Source: Octopus bimaculoides (Eukaryota). From it: a stretch of 64,000 nucleotides of DNA. Shown here in pieces: positions 52,282 to 64,000 of this stretch (the first letter of the stretch is position 1; every line of letters begins with the position of its first letter). The position numbers and the translations under genes are program-made. The notes beneath the pieces were generated by a model. The model did not search any database. It was not told the DNA's origin and worked only from the letters and a program-made list of their open reading frames with translations. The stretch spans positions 37,271,180 through 37,335,179 of the forward strand of contig NC_068997.1 of the NCBI RefSeq assembly GCF_001194135.2, in the 5' to 3' direction.

Positions 52282-54605
52282 NNNNNNNNNNNNNNNNNNN
52301 NNNNNNNNNNNNNNNNNNNNNNNNNNNNNNNNNNNNNNNNNNNNNNNNNNNNNNNNNNNNNNNNNNNNNNNNNNNNNNNNNCATGTTACTGTACAATAAA
52401 TAAGAATAAAAGCATTTAAAATCATATTAAAGTATGTACTGTAAATGTTAAGATACACATCATAAAATAGTGTAGCTTAGTAAACAAAATCATGAAACCA
52501 GCTGTGTTGTATTATTTATTGGTCTTTCAAAGCTCATATTGCACTGTAGTTTCAATATTTACTGTTAGGTGTCGTTGTGATGCCTGTGATTGTTTTGAAT
52601 TCAGATTTCTTTACATCTCTTTATCTGCTACTTTCTCATTCTCATTTATTTGTGACTTTATTTTATGTCCTCATGGCTCCTAAGAAAATTCATAGTGAAA
52701 GTGCTAAGAGTCATGCTATAATGCTCGAAGACAAACTGGCTGTGATAAAATGCCATGAAAAAGGTGAAAAAAGTGGTAGTAATTGCATGATCTTTTGGGA
52801 TGAGTTGGACAATTGTATTGACGATTGTAAATAATATGGACAAAATTTTAGCACATATCAAATCTGAAGCCTAAGGGATGAAGAATACTGTCATCAATAA
52901 GAATAGAGGTAAAATCTTTGAAGAAATGGAAAGTCTTCTTTCTCTTTAGATTGTTAGGTTGAATCGTCAGCATGCTACTATTAGTCAAGAAATCATTCAA
53001 GAGAAAGTGTTGTCTTTGGAAGCCTGAAGAAAAAATATCCAGATGAGAAAGATGTAGAGTTCAAGGCAAGTCAAGGATGGTTCATTAGATTTAAGGAGCG
53101 AAGAAGTTATCACTCCATTAAGAAGCAAAGTGAAAGTGCATCAGCTGATGAATAAGCAGCAGCAGAATTTCCTAATGCATTAAAGAAAATCATTAAAAAA
53201 AAAACAGGTTTCTTCTCAAACAGAGTTTTAACATAGATGAAACTGGATTGTACTGGAAAAAAATTGCTCAACCGTTCATACATTTCCAAGGAGGAGAAAA
53301 CTATTCCCAGGCTACAAGGTCTCAAAAGAACGTGTGACAATTATGCTGGGAGGTAATTGTGCAGGAGATTTCAAGTTAATGCCATTGCTTGTGTATCATG
53401 CACACAACTCCCGTGCCCAGAAGAACACACCCAAGGCATCTCTCCCTGTTATTTGGATGGCTAATTCAAAAGCATGGGTTACTGTTGTTGTTTTTGAAGA
53501 TTGGTTCTTCAATCATTTTATCCCAGTAGTAGAGAAGTACTGTAAGGAGAAGGGAATTACTTTTAAGGTTTTACTTATCTTAGATAATGCTCCTGGCCAC
53601 CTGCAAAATATCATAAATTTTGACCCCAACATTACCGTTGTATACCTCCCTCTGAACATAGCGTCTCTCCTGCAGCCAGTGGATCAGGGAATAATTGCTA
53701 TCTTCATGCGTTACTATATGAAGCATATGTTGCAGCAAGCAACAGCTGCAACTGATCTTGATGAGTTCATCACACTTTGTGACTTTTGGAAGAGATATGA
53801 TATCTACAAGGCTAGAACATAACAGCAGCATGGAATGATGTACAGAGTATGGCTATGAATGGTGTATGGAGGATGCTTTGCCCATGTTTCATGAATGATT
53901 TTAAGGGTTTTGGTAATGTTGCCACCAACAAAATGTTTGTGCCTATGAGCAAAGAACTGGAAATGGATTTACAGGATTTATTTGAAAAAGACAAGCAGCC
54001 CCCGATGAAAAAGGATTTGAGAGAGTTTCACAAGCAGCAAAATAAAGAAGAGGAAGTCATGTCACTTTACCATTAAGAAAATGCAGCAAGCATTTGCATA
54101 TATGAAAAAGGTATTTCTAAGTTTGAGGATATGGATCCAAATGCTCAATGCTTTTCCAAGATTATGGAAGGTTTTGCTCCTTATAATATAATCCTTGAGG
54201 AAAAGAAGACAGTTCAAGGAACTCTCAACCAGTTTTTTAAGTGCATCGAACAACAAAAACAACCAGAATCAGCTGTTGATGTTAACAATCCACAGCTTCT
54301 ACATCTGCAATGTAAACCACTAAATTGTATGTACATATTGGTAAATTTAAAATAATTTAGATTTTTTTTTACTATTGTAAAATGATAATAATTACTGAAT
54401 TTGTTTTTTAAGCTTAATAAAGGCTTTTATTTTACCATGTCTTATCGCAAACCGCATTCATAAATAAAGCATCTGCAATGTATAGTAAACACTGCCAAAT
54501 TGTATTCGTAAATTTAGATTATTTGTTTTTTACTGTATTAAAAAATAAAAATAATTCGTAAGCTTAAAATAGGATTTTATTAACCCTGTATTATTGAGAA
54601 TGCAT

Positions 54606-54991
54606 GGAGGTGCAATGGCCCAGTGGTTAGGGCAGTGGACTTGCGGTCATAAGATCACGGTTTCGATTCCCAGACCGGGTGTTGTGAGTGTTTATTGAGT
54701 GAAAACACCTAAAGCTCCATGAGGCTCCGGCAGGGGATGGTGGTGAACCCTGCTGTACTCTTTCACCACAACTTTCTCTCACTCTTACTTCTTGTTTCTG
54801 TTGTGCCTGTAATTCAACGGGTCAGCCTTGTCACACTGTATCACGCTGAATATCCCCCGCGAACTACGTTAAGGGTACACGTGTCTGGGGAGTGCTCAGC
54901 CACTTGCATGTTAATTTCACGAGCAGGCTGTTCCGTTGATCGGATCAACTGGAACCCTCGACGTCGTAAGCGACGGAGTGCCAACAAACAA
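54606..54991 (+). mobile_element. tRNA-derived SINE inserted into Tigger with a 13-bp TSD
   Basis: ATTGAGAATGCAT at 54593-54605 and 54992-55004. The other Tigger copy is uninterrupted at this site. Confidence 0.92.
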
Positions 54992-55074
54992 ATTGAGAAT
55001 GCATTCATAAATAAAGTACAGAACTGGGAATGGTTATTATTGGTTTAGCCTAGAGACAAGTAAATTCATTTCTT

Positions 55075-55284
55075 TTCTACCCTAGGCAGAAGGCCCGAAA
55101 TTTTGGGGATGGGGTCAGTCGATTAGATTGACTCCAGTTTGCAACTGGTACTTAATTTATTAACCCCAAAAGGATGAAAGGAAAGTCAACCTCGGCGGAG
55201 TTTGAACTCAAAATGTTAAGACAGACGAAATACTACTAAGCATTTCACCCTGTGTGCTAACGTTTCTGCCAGCTTGCTGCCTTA
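55075..55284 (-). mobile_element. Meta-domain-like SINE nested near the Tigger 3' end
   Basis: Homolog of 13785-13997. AGACAAGTAAATT occurs on both sides. Confidence 0.82.
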
Positions 55285-56969
55285 AGACAAGTAAATTTGG
55301 CCTATCCTAGAGACAAGTTAATTCAACTTAAGTAATGTCTCCTGGAACCACCAGTGAAGTCGGTCTTTTCCTTTTTCAAATATATATATATTCATATATA
55401 ATATATATTCATTTCAGTGGCGACTCCGGCACTCAGGCTGTTTGGGCTTAGCCCGTGTGTAAATTTAGTAAAGTGAATGTGTATTTGCTAGCTGATCTAA
55501 TTTCTGCCAACACTGACTTCAAGTATGTAATTGCAGCCAATAACTCGAGCTCCTTTTATTGAGTCTGGTCACAGTTCATTTATTTTTGTTCAGTGTCTGG
55601 CAGTCGTCTTATAGGTGCCCTGTGTCAAAAAATATCATTCATAGCAGACTCTCTCTTGACATTGTTCACACATGCCTGACACGGGTTCAGAAGTTACAGC
55701 CTGAATTGTTATCTATAATCGTAAAAATTAAAAATAATTCGAATTCGATGTTTTCTTGAAGCAATAAATATCTATAGCGATTAGGATTTAAATTCCAATT
55801 TAAGAAAAGTTTCCATTCTACAATATACTTAAAGGAAAGAAAAATTATCCACCAAATCAGGTTAATTATGAACAAACCTGGTAGGTGTAAAAGACTAACT
55901 GGCATCTCTTGTCAAGAGTACAAGAGACAGTCAGATCACTGATGTATATATATTTACAGGTGTGTGTGTGGGTGTATGCATGCCTGTGCTTTTGCCCAGC
56001 CCTCCACTTACCACCCAGTGTTGGTTTATTTACGTCCCTGTAATGTAGCAGTTCAGCAATAACAATTAATAGAATAAGGACCAGATGTAAAAATAAGTGC
56101 AGGGTTTGATTTGTCTGATTAAACCCTTCAAGGCATACCCCAGAATGGCTGTACTTGAATAACTGAAACAGGCAAAAAATAATGATATTTTATTCTTTTT
56201 TCTTTGATATATCATAAAATACAAATTTGGATTTTTGTTTTTAATGTAAGTTAATACTGAAACCATTGATGTAATAGGGACATTTTTTATAAAGGTTGGC
56301 CTTGATTTTCAGTTTTGCTTAGTAAATGTTAACTGATATTATCTATAATGAGAAATTTATGTGTGTAATTGTGTGTGTAGGGGGAAGGGTACAAGGGGGA
56401 AGGAAACCTGTATCTGATAAAAAATTAGATATGTATATCTTCTTAATTTATCATGCATTGTTATGAATTTTGAACTCTGTACTATTTGTCTTATCAGTAT
56501 ATTTTCTTTAATTTTCAACACCATTACTCCTTCAGTAATTCATATAGGTAACCTGATATAGTTAAATGCTCTTAATTCAATATTTCATTTAGTGAGGGAA
56601 TATTTACTGCATTGAAGGATAATTTTGGTAAGTAAACTTTCTTTTCGTGTAAAATATTGGCAACAATATATTTGATTTAATTAACTCAAAGCTGTATAGA
56701 GTCACTTGATTCAATGGATGCTTCTATTGTTTGCAGTCGAGGTCACGTAACTGAAAGGTGAAAAGAATGTTAACCAATCTATTATTAAAAGAAACCTTTA
56801 AATATATTCAATATGAATATGCCAATATTTCAATCTCAAAATAATGTCATATGTTTTAAAAGAATTATGTTATGCATAATACTGAAATCATGGTAACAGT
56901 TAATTGCTAAATAAAAGCAACATCCATATTTCATAGAATTCCTGTTAAACTTCAATTTTCTATTTATTA

Positions 56970-57282
56970 TGGCTTAGTGGTAAGGGCATTCGGCTCATGA
57001 CTGTAAGGTTGTGAGTTCAATTCCCAATGGTGTGTTGTATCCTTGTGCAAAACACTTTATTTTACATGGCTCCAGTCCACTCAGCTGGCAAAAATGAGTA
57101 GTACCTGTAATTCAAAGGGGCCAGCCTTGTCACATTCTGTGTCATGCGGAATCTCCCTGAGAACTATGTTAAGGGTATGCGTGTCTGTGGAGTGCTCAGC
57201 CACTTGTATGTTAATTTCATGAGCAGATTGTTCTGTAGTTAGATCAACTGGAACCCTCATCCTTGTAACTGATGGAGTGCTA
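56970..57282 (+). mobile_element. tRNA-derived SINE with a mosaic body
   Basis: Its head and CORE-like part resemble 372-690. Its 3' half resembles 35911 and 54606. Confidence 0.75.
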
Positions 57283-57905
57283 GTTATTTTCTCTGAAGAT
57301 AGTTTTAATAAATGGCTTTAAAAACATGCTTATTGGTTTGGTTTTGTTTAATTCTATATTAGTCGGCCACATAGACACATAACCTCCATCTTCCTTCAGC
57401 TGTTTTGAAACACACAGCCAGAATTTGAAAAAAAAAAATGTGATCTTGACGTAGTATTTGTGTGTATTAAATTTCAACAATTAAAAGAGAACAGAAAAGG
57501 AAAATGTTACTTAGTTGGATTAATAACAATATACAAATTCTTTTTCCTTATCCTGATATAGATAAAAATAGTTTAGAAGTTACATATAATACAAAGACAA
57601 TATTATAAGCTGCATCACATTATGTATAGTAACTAGTGTAACTATACTCATTATGTGTGTACAGATTAAATTTTATTTTATTACTAGCTAACATAGGATC
57701 AAACAGTAAATTCATATCATACTTAGAAAAAACAATGGATGAAAATGAAGTATAATGGTATGAAAGAAGAAAATATGAATAAACATGTTTAAATTTCCAT
57801 TTTCTTTCATATATTTTCAGCTTGCATCCACATGTGTAAAATTATTTAAATATCTATTTATATGTATTTTGTACGTACACACACATGCACATTATATATA
57901 TATTA

Positions 57906-57939
<34 letters not shown>

Positions 57940-58415
57940 ATATATATATATATAATATATATATATATCAATATANNNNNNNNNNNNNNNNNNNNNNNNN
58001 NNNNNNNNNNNNNNNNNNNNNNNNNNNNNNNNNNNNNNNNNNNNNNNNNNNNNNNNNNNNNNNNNNNNNNNNNNNNNNNNNNNNNNNNNNNNNNNNNNNN
58101 NNNNNNNNNNNNNNNNNNNNNNNNNNNNNNNNNNNNNNNNNNNNNNNNNNNNNNNNNNNNNNNNNNNNNNNNNNNNNNNNNNNNNNNNNNNNNNNNNNNN
58201 NNNNNNNNNNNNNNNNNNNNNNNNNNNNNNNNNNNNNNNNNNNNNNNNNNNNNNNNNNNNNNNNNNNNNNNNNNNNNNNNNNNNNNNNNNNNNNNNNNNN
58301 NNNNNNNNNNNNNNNNNNNNNNNNNNNNNNNNNNNNNNNNNNNNNNNNNNNNNNNNNNNNNNNNNNNNNNNNNNNNNNNNNNNNNNNNNNNNNNNNNNNN
58401 NNNNNNNNNNNNNNN

Positions 58416-58760
58416 AACCACTCAGAGAGTGTAGTGGGTGCTTTTACGTGTCACCCGCACGAAGGCCAGTCAGGCAGTACTGGCAATGGCCACGCTCAGA
58501 ATGGTGTATTTTATGTGCCACCTGCACAAGAGCCAGTCCAGGGGCACTGGCAACGATCTCGCTCGAAAATCCTACGAAGGCCAGTCAGGCGATACTGGCA
58601 ACGGCCACGCTCAAAATGGTGTATTTTATGTACCACCTGCACAAGAGCCAGTCCAGGGGCACTGGCAACAATCTCGCTCGAAAATCCTTACACATGTCAC
58701 GGGCACAAGTGCCAGCAAGGCGACGCTGGGCACAGGTGCTATCCCGATTTCGCTAATATA
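58416..58760 (-). mobile_element. RTE 3' tail with tandem structured units
   Basis: Homolog of 18690-18972 with an internal duplication of about 110 bp. Confidence 0.82.
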
Positions 58761-58800
58761 TCTATATATATTACATTATTTTATATCATATTTTATATAT

Positions 58801-59170
58801 ACAGGGTGCGATGAGTAAATTGTTGCCATTTTATATTTTTAATCTTGCACATGCGCATTGTTTGTTTTTGATTTTGTCAACTACTCAGTATAGTAGGGTC
58901 AGTTGGGCACTGTCTGTGGGAAAGAGAGCACCATGATGCAATTCACCCTGCCAAAAATTTGGAAATGACATGCTGTACTGCTTGGCTTTCACACTGGAAG
59001 CTCCAATATGAACATTTCAGAGTGTTTGGGTGTCAATCTGAGGACATATACCGAAAGTGATAAAAATCAAACATCCAGTCAACGTCATGGTGTTTGGAGT
59101 GATCACTAGTGATGACAACGTTATGCCTCCATTCAACTTTTCACACAGCCTCAAACTCAACATGGAGGTT
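58801..59170 (+). mobile_element. Tc1/mariner-family (maT-like) fragment
   Basis: Starts TA-CAGGGTG and encodes KIKHPVNVMVFGVITSDDNVMPPF.FSHSLKLN.EVY. Confidence 0.7.
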
Positions 59171-59432
59171 TACAGTTATTCAACTATCTCTTTCACATTC
59201 ATATATTGACAGTTTAGATCTTAATTATAAAAAAAATACGAAACCATTTTTCTATTCTAATTTAGTTAATTTTGTCAAACTCCCTTTTCAGTTTGTAAAA
59301 TAGAAATTTAAATGTAGTAAAATGTTTTAAAAGATATTTAAAGTACCTATGTGATAACTGTAAACCTACTTTTGGACCACCCTGTATATTATATTACATA
59401 TATAAGTGTATGTGTATGCATGTGTGCATATA

Positions 59433-59478
<46 letters not shown>

Positions 59479-59484
59479 TATATA

Positions 59485-59898
59485 TACAAAAATAAGAGGA
59501 ATGACCAGCGAAAGTGGACTCCTATATGCTAGAAATAGATGCCGAATCATCTAACCACAAAAAATATGTTCTCAGTAAAAATTTAGCGACACAACAGACT
59601 GTAAAAGGGCAAGACAAGTGAAAAAATACTAAATAAAATTTTTTAAAAACCGATTAACCTACATACCATGGTTTCACCTGTTAAAATTTACGTAAGTAAA
59701 TATCTGCAGGATCATCAGCATAGTCTGTCGGTTTATAAAATATAATTTCCAGAACTAGACACAAAACGTCTTGCCCTTTTACAGTCTGTTGTGTCGCTAA
59801 ATTTTTACTGAGAACATATTTTTCGTGGTTAAATGATTCGGCATCTATTTCTAGCATATAGGAGTCCACTTTTGCTGGAGATTCCTCTCATTTTTGTA
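59485..59898. mobile_element. Penelope-like terminal fragment: inverted repeats (59485-59615 and 59768-59898) around a hammerhead
   Basis: The arms of about 130 bp are reverse complements and the spacer holds a full hammerhead core. Confidence 0.7.
59659..59723 (-). ncRNA. Type I hammerhead motif with a GUA triplet
   Basis: Minus strand: CTATG-CTGATGA-TCCTG cagat ATTTAC ttac GTAAAT tttaa CAGGT-GAAAC-CATG-GTA-TGTAG. Stem I CUAUG/UGUAG has two G.U pairs. Confidence 0.72.
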
Positions 59899-60478
59899 TG
59901 TAATATAATTTTAATCTTCGGATTTTTTTAATATGCTAGACCACTGGTTTTAATTGATTAATATCAATTTCTACCCTTATTAATAAATTTTATATATATA
60001 TATATATATATTCATGCGGGTGACACGTAAANNNNNNNNNNNNNNNNNNNNNNNNNNNNNNNNNNNNNNNNNNNNNNNNNNNNNNNNNNNNNNNNNNNNN
60101 NNNNNNNNNNNNNNNNNNNNNNNNNNNNNNNNNNNNNNNNNNNNNNNNNNNNNNNNNNNNNNNNNNNNNNNNNNNNNNNNNNNNNNNNNNNNNNNNNNNN
60201 NNNNNNNNNNNNNNNNNNNNNNNNNNNNNNNNNNNNNNNNNNNNNNNNNNNNNNNNNNNNNNNNNNNNNNNNNNNNNNNNNNNNNNNNNNNNNNNNNNNN
60301 NNNNNNNNNNNNNNNNNNNNNNNNNNNNNNNNNNNNNNNNNNNNNNNNNNNNNNNNNNNNNNNNNNNNNNNNNNNNNNNNNNNNNNNNNNNNNNNNNNNN
60401 NNNNNNNNNNNNNNNNNNNNNNNNNNNNNNNNNNNNNNNNNNNNNNNNNNNNNNNNNNNNNNNNNNNNNNNNNNNNNN

Positions 60479-60523
<45 letters not shown>

Positions 60524-60577
60524 TATATTTCTCTCGTTTATTTACAAAGAATAGAGAAATAATCCAGATACATGCAT

Positions 60578-63500
60578 TGTCTGTGGTTCAATATACTTCA
60601 CTCATTTACTTGCAAAGAAGAAAACACAGTGGTACTCCAGATAGGTGTGAAGTCTGTTTATTCCAACTGTTAAACTCAAGACTGTAATAATAATGTAAAC
60701 CAAAAATCGAGACACCTTGTGAATGTTCTTGCGAGTTCCAGAACTTTGAATTCTATTGGCTAGTGATCTCCACAACACTTCCCCACTGAAACTGATGCTA
60801 CGCTAGAAGAATCAACAACAAAATCCCTTTCTAGGCTTGGGTGGTCCTTTGGATTATCTAGCGTTGTTCAGTTCATACTATGGTACAAATGGTTTAGTTT
60901 TGGATAGAAGTAGTCTAGTCCATCTCTGAGTTTGTGGCACTTCTAGGATTTCCATTGGATGATCTGTTGGAAGCTCAGAAATATTTTCAGTCTCATCGCC
61001 AGATTTGCATTCCTCTGAAGAAGCGTAGCATGGACGTAGTTGCTCCCAGTGTTGTTTCCATACTGGGTCATGAAGAAAAACCTTGACATTGAAACAGTGA
61101 GTACCCAAAGACTTCATGATGACTGCTATGATCCATCTGGCTGCTTGTCACAATGAAGTCCATAGTACAGTGCATATACAGGATTATCAGTCTTGTACTG
61201 TTTGGTTACCTTAGTGACACCTCCTGAGTATGTTGTCATCTCCGTCTTTGATGACACCTTGGATTGCTTGCCCTGAGCTATGTGTGCTGGAGAGGGCAAC
61301 AGATAGTCAATCCAACAGAGAGGGCAAATAGGGATATCAAGAGTTCACTTGGAGAGAGTCCACAGGATGTCGGTGTTCTCCAATAGTGCATCAAAAACTC
61401 TTGAAGAGCTTATTTTGGGGACAGAGAAAACTTTCTCAGTGCTTGCTTGAAAGACTGCACCAAACGTTCAGCTGCTCTGTTAATAGCAGGATGGTATGGT
61501 GCACCTGTCAGGTGTGTGATCCCATGTTCTTTGCACCAGCTCTGAAATTCTTCAGAAAGGAAAGTTGATGCATTATCTGTGACCAGCGTGTGAGGATATC
61601 CGAAGTTAGCAAAGTCCTCTTCTAGCAGATCTAGAGTGGCTCTAGTGGATGTGGATGATGTTGGATGAATACATGGATATCATGAGAAATTGTCTGTGAT
61701 CATCAGCCAGTTTGTACCCATGAAGTTGATGGCATGATCTATGTGTAAGCGGCTCCATGGCTTCTCTGGTAGCATCCATAGTTGAACTGTAGGCTTGGAT
61801 GGCTTATTTTAATATTCACCACACGAATTACATTGTCAACTAGCCATTTCAATAGCTACATCAATATTAGACCAGTAGACAGTGGTTCTTGCTAATTGCT
61901 TCCTATATTCCATGCTGAAGTGTCTGATATGCAGCAGATCTAGGATATTGGACTGTAGGCTCTGTGGAATCACAACATTTGATCTATGGATGTGGCATCC
62001 ATGGTAGATACTGAATAACTTCAACATCTTCCAAAACTTTTCGACTTCATCATTGGTCTTAGTGTGCTTCAGTGACCACTCTTCACAGACAGTGCATCTG
62101 GATCTTTCCCAGATTCTTGATGGAGGATGTTTCCGTCTAAAGGTTTGACTTGAAGATTGAGAACTCTAATGGTGCACACTATGTCAATGTCTTCACCACT
62201 TTCCTCCTTGTTAAAGTCATTTCCAAACAGTAAACGACTAAGAGCCTCTGCATTGCCATGATCTGTTGTTTTCCGGCACTCAATTGTGTAGTCAAACTGG
62301 TTCAGCTACAATGCCCATGGAGCTAGTTGGTTGGCTACAAGAAGTGGTGTCCCTTTCTTCGAGCTGAACAGTGCTGTCAGTGGTTTATGATCAGTCACCA
62401 GTATGAACTGATGTCCATACAGATACTGGTAGATTTTCCGCAAGCAAAAGATAATGGATAGGGCTTCCTTGTGGAATTGGCTGTAGTTTCTTTCTGAAGA
62501 TGTGAGAGTCTTGGACACATTGGCAATTGGGTGCTCACTTTTTTCTGAATAGCAATGAAACAAGTCAGCTCCAATTCTAACGTTGGATGCATCAAAAGCC
62601 AGTCCGAGAGGCTTGTCTGGGTTGAAATGTACAAAGACTTGATCTGAGGATGATCTTTGCTCCCCATCTCTCCACTTCCAAGGAGTTGCCTTTTCAGCTA
62701 AATGGTAAAGTGGCTTGGCCATAGTGGCCAGGTTTGGGATAAACTTTCCATAGAACTGAACTAAACCTAAGAAAGACTTTAAGCTTGAGACGTCTATAGG
62801 GAGTGGCATCTTCATGACTACCTTAACCTTGGATCTCTTCATGATTCCTTTGGCTGATAAGGTGTGGCCAAGATATTCCACACTGGTTTGTGTGAACAAG
62901 CACTTTTCACAATGACATCTGAGTCCTTTGTCGTTCAGATGAGAGAGAGCAGATGCCTCAGGTTGCTCAAGTGGTCATTTGTGTCTTTCCTAATGATGAA
63001 CACATCGTCTTGGAAAACAGAAACTCCAAGCAGATCACTGGTCAGGTTTTCCATGATCTCTGGAAGTAACCAGGCACTGATTTGATTCCGGACCGGAGTC
63101 ATTATTGCAGGAGTACTCCATGGTGAGTGCTGAGGGCTAGCCTTCATCGACTCTCTAGTGCCAGTTTGATCTGGCTGTAGACATCAGCAATGTCAATCTT
63201 TGTATAACTGCATCCACCTCCTAGCTTCTGCATCAGTTCCTCTGGGAGCGGCATTGGATGACAGTGTTCTTCTAGTTGATTGTTGATGCCAACTGAGTAG
63301 TCACCACAAATTCATAACTTGGACTTCAGAGTGCTCGGATTATGTGCTTTGCGAATCGGTACCACTGGCATTCTATATTTGTTGAACTGGACTTGCTTCC
63401 AGATTCCTTTTGCAATACCTTCTTTGTAACCTTTGGCCAGGTCAGCACGAAGAGTGAATGGAACCGGTTGAGTCTGGTAAAAAACTGGCTTCACATCAGA

Positions 63501-64000
63501 CTTGAATTTCACTTCCAGTTTGAAATCCTTAAGACATCCCAATTCTTCTTTGAAAAGATCTGGAAACTCGTCACAGAGATTGTGGCAATGTCATTGCAGG
63601 GAAGCATAAGGCTCGTTAGAGGATTTAGAATGTGATGTTTTTGCACCCCCTTATTCTTGTCTTGAGTCTCTGTGCATTTCAGTTCAAGAGCATTGTTTAC
63701 AGAAATTCCTAGTATCTGGATAGCGTTTCATCCCAGCTAGTTCAGGTCAGGGATCTTGGTGACACTGTAAGGAATTGTGCTTTGTTTACCAGTCATTGGA
63801 TCCTTGGTTTCGACCATGAAAGTTCCCAGCATGGGTAGGTCATGCTTGCTGGCAAACTCGAAGTGATGTCTGACATCATCCAGCTTCAGTTTTCCTAGTT
63901 GTTTCCAGATCAGCAAAGAAACAAAACTTCCAGTAGTTGCAGTGTCAAGTTCCATCATGAATTGTTGGTCCTGAAGTGTGACTGGCACAACTAACTTAAA
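60578..64000 (-). mobile_element. Ty3/Gypsy LTR retrotransposon (degenerate pol and probable 3' LTR), continuing past the window end
   Basis: Protease MELDTAATGS, RT ...VSVFQDDVFI, RNase H LAFDASNVRIGA..SERNYSQFHKEALSIIF, integrase LHIRH...LARTTVYWSNID. A polypurine tract AGTGGGGAAG at 60778-60787 abuts TGTTG, giving an LTR of about 60578-60777. Confidence 0.9.

Larger units (their letters stand above)
52382..55330 (+). mobile_element. Tigger/pogo-like transposon with a CENP-B/DDE_1 transposase pseudogene and two nested SINEs
   Basis: From ATG 52673: MAPKKIHSES..., FKASQGWFIRFKER, DETGLYWKK, KERVTIMLGGNCAGDFKL, KVLLILDNAPGH, LLQPVDQGII. Stops and frameshifts are present. Confidence 0.92.

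Overview
64 kb of AT-rich, repeat-dominated animal DNA with many assembly gaps and microsatellites. The SINE families and repeat style suggest an octopus (coleoid cephalopod) scaffold, but that is my inference. I cannot identify any intact host protein-coding gene. The window is mostly decayed mobile elements. Non-LTR retroelements include an R4/Dong-like LINE beside an (AAT)n array, RTE fragments, and HERO-like, CR1-like and L1/Tx1-like remnants. DNA transposons include a complete mariner, two Tigger/pogo copies and a Merlin/IS1595-like transposase relic. There is also a Ty3/Gypsy element and several tRNA-derived SINE families. Three things stand out. (1) Penelope-like element termini, mostly arranged as inverted repeats, carry minimal type I hammerhead ribozyme motifs from at least three unrelated sequence families with the same fold. 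(2) A near-full-length 5S rRNA pseudogene fused to a full tRNA-SINE appears to have inserted as one unit, with an ATATT target duplication, into a HERO-like RT frame. (3) CpG content drops after about 16.5 kb, which may mark the methylated body of an unidentified gene. A few weak + strand exon candidates lie in that region.
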